Shown: one piece after another, positions 12,619 through 25,755 of the stretch
Layout of the letters: each line of letters begins with the position of its first letter
Numbering within the stretch: position 1 is the stretch's first letter
Assembly (NCBI GenBank): GCA_030390025.1
Contig: CM059433.1
Span: 16,246,001-16,310,000 of the forward strand
Direction: 5' to 3'
From: Squalus acanthias
Lineage: Eukaryota
Length of the DNA stretch: 64,000 nt
Program-made: the position numbers and the translations under genes
The notes under the pieces: generated by a model
Database searches by the model: none
Told to the model about the DNA's origin: nothing
The model's input: only the letters and a program-made list of their open reading frames with translations

Positions 12619-15600
12619 GGGTAGAGTGTCTGCTTTGGGCGCAATCGGGAATGTGCGCAAAATGCGCTGGTTCGGTTACAATTCAAGTTTCCGTTAAAAT
12701 TCGTTTGCATAATCACAAACGTAAAATCTTCCATGAACCAGCGCAATCAGGCAGTGTAATAGAATGGGTTTTTTTTCTTTCCGTTCAACAGTATTCATTG
12801 ATGGATTTAAGAGTGGTAACCCGGTGCTGTTTTGATACAGCTGAAAATGGGGTTATCACCAAAAATAAGGATTTTTAATAAGGATGTCAGTCCTCCAGCT
12901 GTGAGTAACCTGATTGAAAATGACTTTAAAAAATGTTATACTGAACCATTTAATAGTTTCATCGGTGTACACTAGTCAGTTTCTTAGTAAATTAAAAGAA
13001 AATGAGTGCATACATACATACGAATTAGGAGCAAGAATAGGCCACTCGGCCCCTCGAGCCTGCTCCGTCGTTCAATAAGATCATGGCTGATCCGATTACT
13101 CCACATTCCCGCCTACCCCCGATAACCTTTCACCCCCTTGTTTACCAAGAATCTATCTACCTCTGCCTTAAAAATATTCAAAGACTCTGCTTCCACCGCC
13201 CTCTGAGGAAGAGAGTTCCAAAGACTCACGACCCTCTGTGAGAAAAAATTTCTCCTCATCTATGTCTTAAATGGGCGACCCCTTATTTTTAAACAGTGAC
13301 TCCTAGTTCTAGATTCTCCCACAAGAGGAAACATCCTCTCCACATCCACCCTGTCCAGACCCCTCGGGATCTTATATGTTTCAATCAAGTCACCTCTTAC
13401 TCTTCTAAACTCCAGCGGATACAAGCCTAGCCTGTCCAACCTTTCCTCATAAGACAACCCGCCCATTCCAGGTATTAGTCTAGTAAACCTTCTCTGAACT
13501 GCTTCCAACGCATTTACATCCTTCCTTAAATAAGGAGACCAATACTGTACACAGTACTCCAGATGTGGTCTCACCAATGCCCTGTATAACTGAAGCATAA
13601 CCTCCCTACTTTTGTATTCAATTCCCCTCGCAATAAACTATAACATTCTATTAGCTTTCCTAATTACTTGCTGTACCTGCATAGTAACCTTTTGCGATTC
13701 ATGCCCTCTGACACCCAGATCCCTCTGCATCTCAGAGCTCTGCAATCTCTCACCATTTAGATAATATGCTTCTTTTTTATTCTTCCTGCCAAAATGGACA
13801 ACTTCACATTTTCCCACATTATACTCCATTTGCCAGATCTTTGCCCACTCACTTAACCTATCTATATCCCTCTGTAGCCTCCTTATGTCGTCTTCACAAT
13901 TTACTTTTCTACCTATCTTTGTGTCATCAGCAAATTTAGCAACCATACCTTCGGTCCCTTCATCCAAGTCATTTATATAAATTGTAAAAAGTTGAGGCCC
14001 CAGCACTGATCCCTGTGGCACACCACTCGTTACATCTTGCCAATCAGAAAATGACCCATTTATGCCTACTCTCTGTTTCCTGTTAGCTAGCCAATCTTCT
14101 ATCCATGCCAATATGTTACTCCCTACACCATGAGCTTTTATTTTCCGTAATAACCTTTGATGTGGCACCTTATCAAATGCCTTCTGGAAATCTAAGTACA
14201 GTACATCCACCGGTTCCCCTTTATCCACAGCATATGTTACTTCCTCAAAGAACTCCAATAAATTGGTTAAACATGATTTCCCTTGCACAAAACCATGTTG
14301 ACTCTGCCTGATTACTTTGAACTTTTCTACGTGCCCTGCTGTAACATCTTTAATAATAGCTTCTAACAACTTCCCTATGACAGATGTTAAGCTAACTGGC
14401 CTGTAGTTTCCTGCTTTCTGTCTCCCTCCCTTTTTGAATAAAGGAGTTACATTCGCTATTTTCCAAACTAATTGAACCTTCCCCAAATCTAGGGAATTTT
14501 GGAAAATTAAAACCAACGCATCAACTATCTCACTAGCCACTTCTTTTAAGACCCTAGGATGAAGTCCATCAGGACCCGGGGACTTGTCAGCCCGCAGCTC
14601 CAACAATTTGCTCAGTACCACTTCCCTGGTGATTATAATTTTCTTGAGTTCCTCCCTCCTTCCATTTCCTGATTTACAGCTATTTCTGGGATGTTACTTG
14701 TATCCTCTATAGTGAAGACCAATGCAAAATACCTGTTCAATTCAACTGCCATCTCCTTATTTTCCATTATTAATTCCCCAGACTCACTTTTTATAGGACC
14801 AACGCTCACTTTGTTAACTTTTCTTTTTTAAATATCTATAGAAACTCTTACTATCTGTTTTTATATTTCTAGCTAGCTTTCTCTCGTACCCTAATTTTTT
14901 TCTCCTCATTAATCTTTTAGTCATTCTTTGCTGTTTTTTATATTCTGTCCAATCTTCTGACCTGCCACCCATCTTTGCGCAATTATATGCTTTTTCTTTA
15001 AGTTTAATACTATCTTTAACTTTTTTAGTTAACCACGGATGGTGGGTCCTCCCCTTGGAATTTTTCTTTCTTGTTGGAATGTATATATTCTGTGTATTTT
15101 GAAATATCCCCTTAAATGTCTGCCACTGCAACTCTCTTGACCTATCCCTTAACCTAATTTGACAGTTCACTTTAGCTAGCTCTGCTTTCATGCCCTCATA
15201 ATTGCCCTTATTTAAGTTTAAAATACTAGTCTTGGACCCACTCTTCTCTCTCTCAAACTGAATATAAAATTCAATCATATTATGATCGCTGCTACCTAGG
15301 AGCGCCTTCACTATGAGGTCATTAATTAATCCTATCTCGTTGCACAATACCAGGTCTAGTATAGCCTGCTCTCTGGTTGGCTCCAGAACGTGCTGTTGTA
15401 AGAAACTATCCCAGAATCATTCCATGAACTCCTCATCTATGCTATCTTTGCCCATCTGATTTTTCCAGTCTATATGCAGATTAAAATCCCCCATGATTAT
15501 TGCCGTACCCTTCTGACAAGCTCCCATTATTTCTTCCTTTATACTCCATCCTACCATGTGGTTACTGTTAGGGGGTCTGTACACCACTCCCACAAGTGAC

Positions 15601-17991
15601 TTCCACAAGATTATTTCTCATCTCTACCCAAACCGCTTCTACATCCTGGTTTCCTGAACTTAGATCATCCCTCTCTATTGTGCTAATACCATCATTAATT
15701 AACAGAGCCACCCCTCCACCTTTTCCCACCTTCCTGTCCTTCCTAAATGTCATGTACCCTTCAATATTGAGGTCCCAATCTATGTCATCCTAGAGCCATG
15801 TTTCTGTAATGGCTATCAGATCATATTTATTTATTTCTATTTGCGCTATCAGTTCATCTGTTTTGTTTCGAATGCTACGTGCATTCAGATGCAGAGCCTT
15901 TAGTTTTGTCCTTTTATTATTTTTGTAACCTCCAGCCTTATCTGTTGATTTACTCTTAGATTTGTACTCTCTATCCCTTCCTGTCACGGTCTGTTTATCA
16001 TTTCCCATATTAATACCTTTCTCTATTGCCTTGTCTCTAATCTTTGAATTACCACATCTTCCCAAATTTGATCCCATGCCCCCAATATTTAGTTTAAAGC
16101 CCTCTCTACCGCCCTAGTTATACGACTCGCCAGAACACTGGTCCCAGCACGGTTCAGGTGAAGACCGTCCCAACGATACAGATCCCACTTTCTCCAGTAC
16201 TGGTGCCAGTGCCCCAGGAATTGAAACCCATTTCTCCCACACCAGCCTTTGAGCCACGCATTCATCTCTCTAATTTTATTTACCCTATGCCAATTTGCTC
16301 GTGGCTCAGGTAATAATGCAGACATTATTACCCTTGAGGTTCTGCTTTTTAATTTAGCCCCTTGCTGCTCATACTCTCTCAGCAGAACCTCTTTCCTAGT
16401 TCTACCTATGTCGTTGGTACATACATGGACCACGACCACTGGCTCCTCCCCCTCCCACTGCAAGTTCCTCTCCAGCCCAGAGCAGATGTCCTGAACCCTG
16501 GCACCGGGCAGCCATCGGGACTCTCGCTCTTGGCCGCAGAGAACTGTATCTATCCCCCTGACTATGCTGTCCCCAATTACCACTACATTCCTATTAACTC
16601 CCCCCGCTTGAATGGCTTCCTGTACCTCGGTGCCACGGTCAGTTTGCACATCCACCCTGCAGCCATACAGGCCGCAAGAACCTCAAACCTGTTGGACAAT
16701 TGCAAAGGCTGAGACTCCTCCACCTCCTGGGTCCCCATACCTGCCTCACTCGCAGTCACATCCTCCTGTCCCTGACCACTGACCAAATCAGAAGACCCTA
16801 TCCTAAGGAGTGTGACTGCCTCCTGGAATAAAGTGTCAAGGCAACTTTCCCCCTGCCTGATGCATCGCAGTGTCCGTAGCTCGGCCTCCAACTCATCAAC
16901 TCTGAGCTGAAGCTCCTCAAACCGCAGACACTTACCGCAGACGTGTTCGTCCTGGATCACACTGGCGTCCAGGAGCTCCCACATACTGCAGTCACAACAC
17001 ATCACCTGCCCTGCCATCTTTATTGAGTCTTAATTAATTTATTTTTATTAATTAATAAACCCTACTATACCTAATAAGATTTATTACTGCTAGTAAACTA
17101 GTACTAATGAAACCTTACAATTACTAATAAATTTCCTGGGCTTTAAAAGATAAGGGAAGTGAGCAAAATACTCACCAACCAATCACTTACCCTTTCTCCT
17201 GTGATGTCACCTTTTATTTTTCTCCAAATGCGGTTGGGGGGTGTCACCGAGCCGAACTCCTGCTGGTTCTCTGTCCCCTCTTGTGCAGCTTTTTAACTCC
17301 TGCTCTCCTGGAAGCTGACAGATAGAAAAAGAAAGGAACCCCTCACTCACCAAACTCGCAGCTTTACACTCTGTTCCGAGCTGCATTCCGTGACAAACTG
17401 CACTCTAGCCTCCCTTATTTATACTGCTGGGATTTAAATAAGTGAGCTCTCTAGCAGTTACAGAACCAGATTAAACCAGTTAATTAATTAACTACTCTCG
17501 CCTGCTCTCCAGCACAGAGCTTGCTTAGCCCTGCCCAAGCCTGGAAGAAACTTTAAAACTTGAAACAGTAAATTTAAGTTAAATGCTAATTGCAAGCACA
17601 CAAGACTAGATTTTATAAAAAAGAGATTTACCTTTAAGATTCACTCCCTCGCTCACCAAACTCACAGCTTTACACTCTGTTCCGAGCTGCACTCCGTGAC
17701 AAACTGCACTCTAGCCTCTAGAAAGTGCAGGTTGAAGAGCCTTCCCGAACCAGCACAATCAGCGTACTCTCGCAATTTCAACCTGGAGGCACGGCCAGTT
17801 TTGTGGGTTGGGCCTGATTCAGCCGAATTGAATCTTAAACCAGCGTAAAAGATTGTGGAAAACACGAGCATAAGTGGTTTTGGGTGCAGGCCACTTATGT
17901 TTTAAAATTTCCTCATCTTTTGTGCTAGTTTGGCTGATTCCGCCCGGATTGCGCTGATATAACTAGTGGAAACAAACAGAAACTCAACCCC
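12619..17991. mobile_element. Harbinger-like non-autonomous element split by a CR1 (parts 12619-13010 and 17724-17991)
   Basis: The two parts together match the reverse complement of the intact copy at 49692-50397. Ends gggtagagtgtc.../...gaaactcaacccc. Confidence 0.7.
13011..17723 (-). mobile_element. Near full-length CR1 LINE (ORF1 zinc finger/leucine zipper plus SGNH esterase; ORF2 APE plus RT), disrupted
   Basis: ORF1 16089-17017 (CxxC...CGKC, VVVIGDSIVRG, DGLHLN). ORF2 pieces from about 16077 to 13260 ([32 protein letters not shown]). (TATG)n tail and possible TSD agtgca. Confidence 0.93.
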
Positions 17992-19116
17992 TTAATGCTT
18001 AGTAAATGTATGATTGCCTTATGTGACAGATTGGTGGATATTCTGAATGCTAATATTTTTGGAGCTTCCTCAAGAATTGTTTAGAGTTGGTTTCATTGAT
18101 TAATTAGAAATTAGTCAATTTATGAATGTATTGTGTCCTGAAGAACAGAAAGTGTTGTCCTTTTTTTCCAAATGCAAAGTATCTGTGAGGCTGCTATCTG
18201 TACTCTTGAAGTAGTTTGGTTCTTCATTTATCATTTGGCGCATTGATATCATTTTCATGTATTGGCCTCTGCCTTTACCATATACTTCCCTTATCTTTGC
18301 GAAAGAGAGTTTTATTTGGACTAAAACTGAGTGCAGATCATAAGTGATATATGAACAGTGGATCTTTAGGGGAAAGATAATTAACTATAATTCTAATCAC
18401 TATTGCAAATAATTAAAATATTTACTGTTTAATTTTATTTTCAGAGATTTATACTACATGTGATCTAATGACGTATTCATGTCTACTTTCTTTGTTCTGG
18501 CACAAAGTTCCCACACAGTGACAACTTATTTCCTTCAAGTCCAGCACTTGTATAAGTATCAACCTGACCCCCTCCATCTTACTGCTTTCATCTTTGTTTC
18601 TGTCTGCCCCTTTCCAAGTGTTTTTCCACTTGGCTACCTTTAGCATCTCCATTTAAGATATTAACCATTTTTATATATTGCCCTCTACTTTTCCTGTATA
18701 TTTTCCTCATCTGACAACAGAATATTGAGGACTGACATTGTCTGCACTCCAGCAGATTTCAGGCTTCTATTTTCCAGGAGCCATGCATAATTCCTCTTTT
18801 TATAAGTTTTGCCTGAACCAAACAAATGGTCATTTCAGAGCAAATTTCCTTTTAACTAGAAAACCACGCAACATACACAATTAATACTTCAAACAATTTT
18901 TTTTTAAATAGCGGTGGAAGCCAAAGAAATAAATTGCTGTCCCTTACTATTTATAATATTCTGAATTGTGATGCTGATCTTTTTGTAGTATTGAATTTTC
19001 AGTACATTAGGTGTAATTTGATTCACATAAGAAAAGATGTTAAATATCACTGGTGTGTAATGAACATTTTATAGATTGTTGTTATATTGTGGACCATTAC
19101 TGTGTGCGATATTAAT

Positions 19117-19332
19117 TGAGAGGTCGCACAACACCAGGTTATAGTCCAACAGTTTTATTTGAAATCACAAGCTTTCGGAGCTATCGATTTGCTCCTTCCT
19201 CAGGTGAGGAAGGAGCAAATCGATAGCTCCGAAAGCTTGTGATTTCAAATAAAACTGTTGGACTATAACCTGGTGTTGTGCGACCTCTCAATTTTGTCCA
19301 CCCCAGTCCAACACCGGCATCTCCGCATCATG
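19117..19332. mobile_element. Short Penelope-like insertion (family A) forming a perfect inverted repeat, with 12-bp TSD
   Basis: Arms 19114-19202 and 19205-19293 are reverse complements. TSD tgcgatattaat at 19105-19116 and 19331-19342. Confidence 0.8.
19165..19207 (-). ncRNA. Minimal hammerhead ribozyme motif
   Basis: Minus strand reads TCAC-CTGAGGA-A-GGAGC-aaatcgata-GCTCC-GAA-AGCT-T-GTGA. Confidence 0.65.
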
Positions 19333-19354
19333 CGATATTAATGCCCGAGCGTTT

Positions 19355-21135
19355 ATAGAATCATAGAAGATAGGAGCAGGAGTAGGCCATTCGGCCCCTC
19401 TAGCCTGCTCCGCCATTCAATGCGATCATGGCTGATCATCCAAATTCAGTACCCTGTCCCTGCTTTCTCCCCATATCTCTTGATCCCTTTAGCCTTAAGA
19501 AATATATCCAACTCCTTCTTGAATCTATTTAATGAATTGGCCTCTATTGCCTTCTGTGGCAGAGAATTCCACAGGTTCACCACTCTCTGGGTGAAGAAAT
19601 TCCTCCTCATCTCAGTCCTAAATGGCTTACCCCTTATCCTTAGACTGTGACCCCTGGTTCTGGACTCCCCGACCATCGGGAACATCCTTCCTGCATCTAG
19701 TTTGTCCTGTCCTGTCAGAATTTTATAAGTTTCAATGAGATCCCCTCTCATTCTTCTAAACTCCAGCGAATATAAGCCCAATCGACCCAATCTCTCTCCA
19801 TACGTCATTCCTGCCATCCCAGGTATCAGCCTTGAGAATCTTCGCTGAACTCCTTCCATGGCAAGAACATCCTTCCTCAGATAAGGCGACCAAAACTGCA
19901 CACAGTAACTCAAGGTGTGGTCTCACCAAGGCCCTGTACAACTGCAGCAAGACATCCTTGTTCCTGTACTCAAACCCTCTCGTTATGAAGGCCAACATAC
20001 CATTTGCCTTTTTAACCACCTGCTGCACCTGCATGCTTACCTTCAGCAACTGGTGCACAAGGACACCCAGGTCTCGTTGCACTTCCCCTTCTCCCAATCT
20101 ATTGCCATTCAGATAATAATCTGCCTTTCTGTTTTTGACACCAAAGTGGATAACCTCGCATTTATCCACGTTCTATTGCATCTGCCACGCTTCTGCCCAA
20201 TCACCCAACCTGTCCAAATCATCCTGGAGTTTCTCAGCATCCTCCTCGCAGCACACACGCCCACCTAGTTTTGTGTCGTCTGCAAACTTGGAGATATTAC
20301 ATCTAGTTCCCTTGTCTAGATCATTAATATATATTGTGAATAGCTGGGGTCCAAGGACCGATCCCTGCGGTACCCCACTAGTCACTGCCTGCCACTCGGA
20401 AAAAGACCCGTTTATTCCAACTCTTTGCTTTCTGTCTGCCAACCAGTTCTCTATCCAAGTCAATACCTTGCCCCCAATCCCATGTGCCTTAACTTTACAC
20501 GCTAATCTCTTATGCGGGACCTTATCAAAAGTCTTTTGGAAGTCCAAATACACCACATCCACTGGTTCTCCCTTATCTATTTTACCAGTTACATCCTCAA
20601 AAAATTCCAGTAGATTAGTCAAGCACGATTTACCTTTTGTAAATCCATGTTGACTTTGTCCGATCCTGTCACTGTTTTCCAAGTGCTCAGCTATTACATC
20701 TTTTATAATGGACTCTAGCATTTTCCCCACTACCGATGTCAGGCTTACCGGTCTGTAATTCCCCGTTTTCTCTCTACCACCCTTTTTGAATAGTGGGGTA
20801 ACATTAGCTACCCTCCAATCCATGGGTACTGTTCCAGATTCCATCGAATGTTGGAAGATGATCAGCAATGCATCTACTATTTCTAGGGCCACTTCCTTAA
20901 GTACCCTAGGATGTAGATTATCAGGCCCTGGGGATCTATCGGCCTTCAATTTCCCTAACACCATTTCCCTACAAATACTGATTTCTTTCAGTTCCTCCCT
21001 TTCATCAGACCCTATGTTCCCCAACATCTCTGGGAGGTTATTTGTGTCCTCCTTTGTGAAGACAGAACCAAAATATGTATTTAATTGGTCTGACATTTCT
21101 TTGTTCCCCATTATAAGTTCCCCTGATTCTGACTG
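19355..21135 (-). mobile_element. 5'-truncated CR1 LINE (RT)
   Basis: ORFs 20173..21171, 19756..20169 and 19446..19913 carry RT motifs ([25 protein letters not shown]) and a CR1 3' tail. Confidence 0.93.
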
Positions 21136-24100
21136 CTGTTTAGCACATTCATATGACATTACTCTGTCCACTATTTAAGAGAGGTGCTCATTTGTTTTAA
21201 ATAAATGGGTCAACACCTTCAATAGAGGAAAAGTTTTGTAATACAAAGCATTAAGCATTCGCATACAATAATTTCTAAGCTGTGAACTTTTAATTGAATC
21301 ACTGCCAACAGAATGCACTGCAGTGACTCACCAAACTTACTTTGTGGATGTATCTAAAGTAGTCTCTTCACATCTTTTTCTCCCACCGTCAGTCACATAG
21401 CATGCTAATCCCTGAATGAAAGAATGTAAACTCAGCACTGTGTTTCCTTTTATGTTTGTTCAACAAAGATTTGTTTCCCCTCCACAACTGGTGTTTATGC
21501 CCAATGTCAAGATTTGCTGTGTGAGAATTCTACTAGTATATCCAAGGATACCAAAGCAATAAAGTCTCTGGAGATTCGGTAACATTTTACAAGCCAAAGT
21601 AACTAAACAAGAGTCTGTGCTCAGTAAAAGGCACAGAGCTCACAGTAAAGACAATTTTTTACTCCACTACTGCCCCCCACACACATTCTGTCCCACAGTC
21701 CTCATTTTGCTATGCCTATCATGCGTTAAATCCAAGAAGTTATTCTCATTGGGCCAGTATCCATATCACCTGTCATACCTTTTTTTTAAAAAAAAAACAA
21801 CCCAACCCAGGAATCCCAACTGGGTTTACTAGCCCTCCATGTGTGAGACTTTAAAGTAATTACGATTCACAGATTATTTATCACAAGCTATTTGGACAGT
21901 TTGAACTCTGGTTGGCTTATAAAAAGAAAGCAGAAGATGGTAAATAGAAGAACCTCTGTTTAGGAAAGCAAAGAGTAAAATCCCTCAGGGTTATGTTCTG
22001 TATCACTTGCCATTCACACTTTTCATAAATTATATGATAGAGTCTAGTTTCCCATATATAAAATTTGCTGATGAAAACAGTTAAGTGATGTGTACAAAGC
22101 CAATTAATAGCATTCTAAGGAAACTAGGCTAATTTAGTAGAAAAGGCTAAGAAATGGGAGATGTATTTGAACATGCATAAATACAAGGTAACGTACAATT
22201 CAATAGGAAACCCGATGAAGATATGTTCATTGCTGAAAAGTTAATGGATTTGGTTATGACTGTTGACTTTTACTGAAAATATTCTGTTGATATGATGCTG
22301 CTACTGTGGGGTGTTTTTCAATGGCATTTGATTTTTGTGTTGAAGTAGACCATTCCAGCATTTGGAATATTCTGCAATTTTGGAAACACTACCTTCAAAA
22401 AAATATATTCTTGTCTAAGAAGGATCAGAAAAGAGAGGCAATGATTCTTGCAGTGTTCAATGATGAAAAGAAACAAAAAAAATTGTTTTCAATGAAGAAA
22501 ATAATTTATGAAGGATAGAAATATGATCCAGGACTTTCAAATGCTAAGACAAAATGAAGATAAGCAGGCTATTTAAAATAAACTGTGAGCAAAAAAACTG
22601 GAAGGCAATAAGCAAAACTAAGAATTAGAAGAATTGTTTCCCACCTCACAAAGTAGCAGATTGCTTTACTAATTATACTGTACTAATTAAGTCCTTTTGA
22701 AAGAGTTAGGTAAAGTATATTATGGACCTGCTTCCACAATCGCCTGGATGGAGGAGGGAATGGAACTTTCAGCCACACACTGACATCCCTTACTGCACTA
22801 TTGTGGCACAATTGAGGTTCCTGTCCATGTGTAGGGGGGCGGGGGGTGGAGGCAATTCATTGTAGCACCATACCCAGGGTTAGTGAGCTGTGAGGGAGGG
22901 AGGCCAAAATTTTGAATAAGGCCAGTATCTATCTTTTGCCAATTTTGGCATTACAATCGATGTAACTGAGGGAAATTTATATTATGGGCCTGCCCCCGAA
23001 ACTGCCGAGATTTTCAACAGGTTCAGGGATGTCAGCAATGGGCAGGCATAAATTCTACTCCACCCCAATTCCCTTTCTTCTACCCCCCCCCCCCCCTCCT
23101 CCCCAAGGCCTCTCCAGGAAATTTAGGACCAATGGCTTTATTGTATAACCTTTTGGTTTAGGTTGGAATTATGTTATCTGAAGACTCAGAAGATTGCCCA
23201 CTGCTCTCCGAATCTGCATTCACTAGATTGATTACAAAAGGTTTTACCATCTGGCTGAGTCACATGAATAAGAACAAAACATATCTCTAATAAACAGTTC
23301 AATCAAGAATCCTTTACTTCCTAGACCATCAGAACCCAACTAGAAGTAGAACATTCCATAACTGAAGGAAATCACTGACCAGTTTTTGCTACAAAAGCTT
23401 AGAATGTTTCTCCCAATAAAGTAAACAGCACCTATTTTTTGTATTCACTTTTTCCCATGAATTAGTTTATGCAATATGTAATGTAACATCATAAATTATC
23501 TGTAAATTGTGGTTTTAGCAGTTCCTTAAAGTAATTAAAAGTCTTTCAATAAGGTACTTTGTACCAGCGCAACATCTTTACTCTGCATGCTGGTCAAACC
23601 TGTTGATTTTATTGTAGTTGATTAAATGTTGTATAGGTACATCCCTAAGTTCTAAAGAGCTCTGCATTCTCAGCAGAAATATTGGTTTCTGCCCTAATTA
23701 CGCGTTGCAACTGAATGTTGCACCTTATCTTCATCAGTCAATTTATTTCCGCTTCCTTTCAGCCAATGATTTCAGGTTAAATCCTTATTGTTTTATACGC
23801 AAGGCTTGATTTTTTTTCCTGGATTTACTACCCAAATAGCACCGTAAAAAAAAAAAACAGGCGTGATGCACAAGTAAATCCTTTACTCCTGTTCTGCACC
23901 TGAGTAGCACCGCCCCTGAATTTCCCATATGGCTTTTCAGGTGGCTGTACTTGAAGAGGATGCAGTAATGTATATTATATGCTAATGAATGTCAGATGCC
24001 TCTCCACACAGATTTCCTGTGATAGCGCAGGATGCAGTTCAGAGCAGACTGCTTCCAAAATATCTGGCACGACTGTTTTCATAGCTGCCGTTCATTCTGG

Positions 24101-24185
24101 TATTGTCAAGAGATCTCTTGCATTCTGGCTTTTTGAATTAAAAAAAAAAATTCTGCTTGTTGCAGAATGCTGTTAGTCTTTTTAA

Positions 24186-24346
24186 CATTTCCTCTTAAGC
24201 CGTGCAGCTGTCTGCCAGTCCCGCACAGCCCGAGACCGGCTTTTCCAATGTGAAATTTTGTGCGTGCGCAAAACTTTGAATAGACCGTGGCAGCCTTCTA
24301 AAGGGACCGCGCGCCCAAATTTAAAATTGGGGGGGTGGAAACATTG
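24186..24346. mobile_element. hAT-like MITE
   Basis: 8-bp direct repeat ctttttaa at 24178-24185 and 24347-24354. Ends catttcc.../...ggaaacattg. Confidence 0.55.
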
Positions 24347-24604
24347 CTTTTTAACTTGCTGACAGAGAGACGGTGTTCAGTACCGTGGATCTGCCCCTCC
24401 CCCTTTTGCGTGATGAACAGCAGCAGGTGTGGGGAGCCGCTTGCCGGAGGATGAGGTCACCTCCTTCCCCAGCTGTCAGGGAACCAGAACTTAGTGCCCA
24501 GCTTTTAAGAGAAAGGTGCTTTCTGAGCATGAAAGGTAGTTTGGGTCATTGATGGATTTGCCCTGAACAAATGGCAGCTAGTCTGGAGGAGTCCAGCAGC
24601 CATG

Positions 24605-25010
24605 TTTTTTTTTATTCGTTCATGGGATGTGGGCGTCGCTGGCAAGGCCATCATTTATTGCCTATCCCTAATTGCCCTGGAGAAGGTGGTGGTGAGCCGC
24701 CACCTTGAACCGCTGCAGTCCGTGCGGTGAAGGTACTCCCACAGTGCTGTTAGGTAGGAAGTTCCAGGATTTTGACCCAGCGACGATGAAGGATTGGCGA
24801 TATACTTCTAAGTCAGGATGGTGTGTGACTTGGAGGTGGTGGTGTTCCCATGCGCCTGCTGCCCTTGTCCTTCTAGGTGGAAGAGGTCGCGGGTTTGGGA
24901 GGTGCTGCCGAAGAAGCCTTGGCGAGTTGCTGCAGTGCATCTTGTAGATGGTACACACTGCAGCCACGGTACGCCGGTGGTGGAGGGAGTGAATGTTTAA
25001 GGTGGTAGAT
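24605..25010 (-). mobile_element. 3' fragment of CR1-group LINE (same family as 52594-55150)
   Basis: Sequence match to 54.7-55.15 kb and 4.6-5.0 kb; poly(A) end. Confidence 0.85.
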
Positions 25011-25021
25011 GTTTAAGGTGT

Positions 25022-25755
25022 GAGTGGGGTGCTGAGGGCCAGCTTGCAGAACCTGCGGATATCCTTGTATAGAGTGGCAATTCCAGGACCATCTACAGCC
25101 CTAGCTAGACAGATTGCATTGACGGCTTGACCAGTTGCCATCCGAGTCTCAGGCTGCACTATTGCCACATCACTGGGCATAGTTATTCCTCAAAGGGGAT
25201 GAGGTCCTTGCTAATGTGGGCTGCTTTCTCCTATAAGAGATAAAACTGGAATGTCGGTTATTACACAGTGAATGGCGATGGTTACCAGCCCTCTTCCCCC
25301 CCCCACCCCTCCCTTCTAACATGAGCTTTGTAAGAGAGAAGTGGATCATGTGGATGGGGGGGACAAGCAAGCTTGGGAGCGTTTCGCACGAGGCATACTT
25401 CCCCCGGGGGGAATAACTGGTGTTCAAGGAAGATGCAGAACGCTGGAGAGAGAAGGCTTTCAGGCCCATGCAGAACATTGTAGATTGTGAGGAACAGAAT
25501 GCAACGAAGTGCGCACAGCAATTACTTTATCCTTGGTGAAAAGTATTGCTAGCCAGTGCCCTACCTTGCCTCTCTGATGAGGTCAATGAACTTTTTCAGC
25601 ACTGCATCCATGATGCTGTACGGTATTACCTGTAATTCACCCTCAGTATACAGATGAGGACCCACAGGAAATTCAAGTGCTAATTCCTTCCTGGGGCTCT
25701 GCTTGCATTTGCACTCCTGTTGGTCCCGTACACGCCTGCCCAGGAAAATCAGCCC
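25022..25755 (-). mobile_element. Decayed Harbinger-like element end with possible Myb/SANT-like ORF remnant
   Basis: TIR-like gaaaatcagccc at 25744-25755. The minus strand gives WMQC..KFIDLIR and EKAAH..PFEE pieces separated by a GT-AG interval; frameshifted. Confidence 0.35.
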
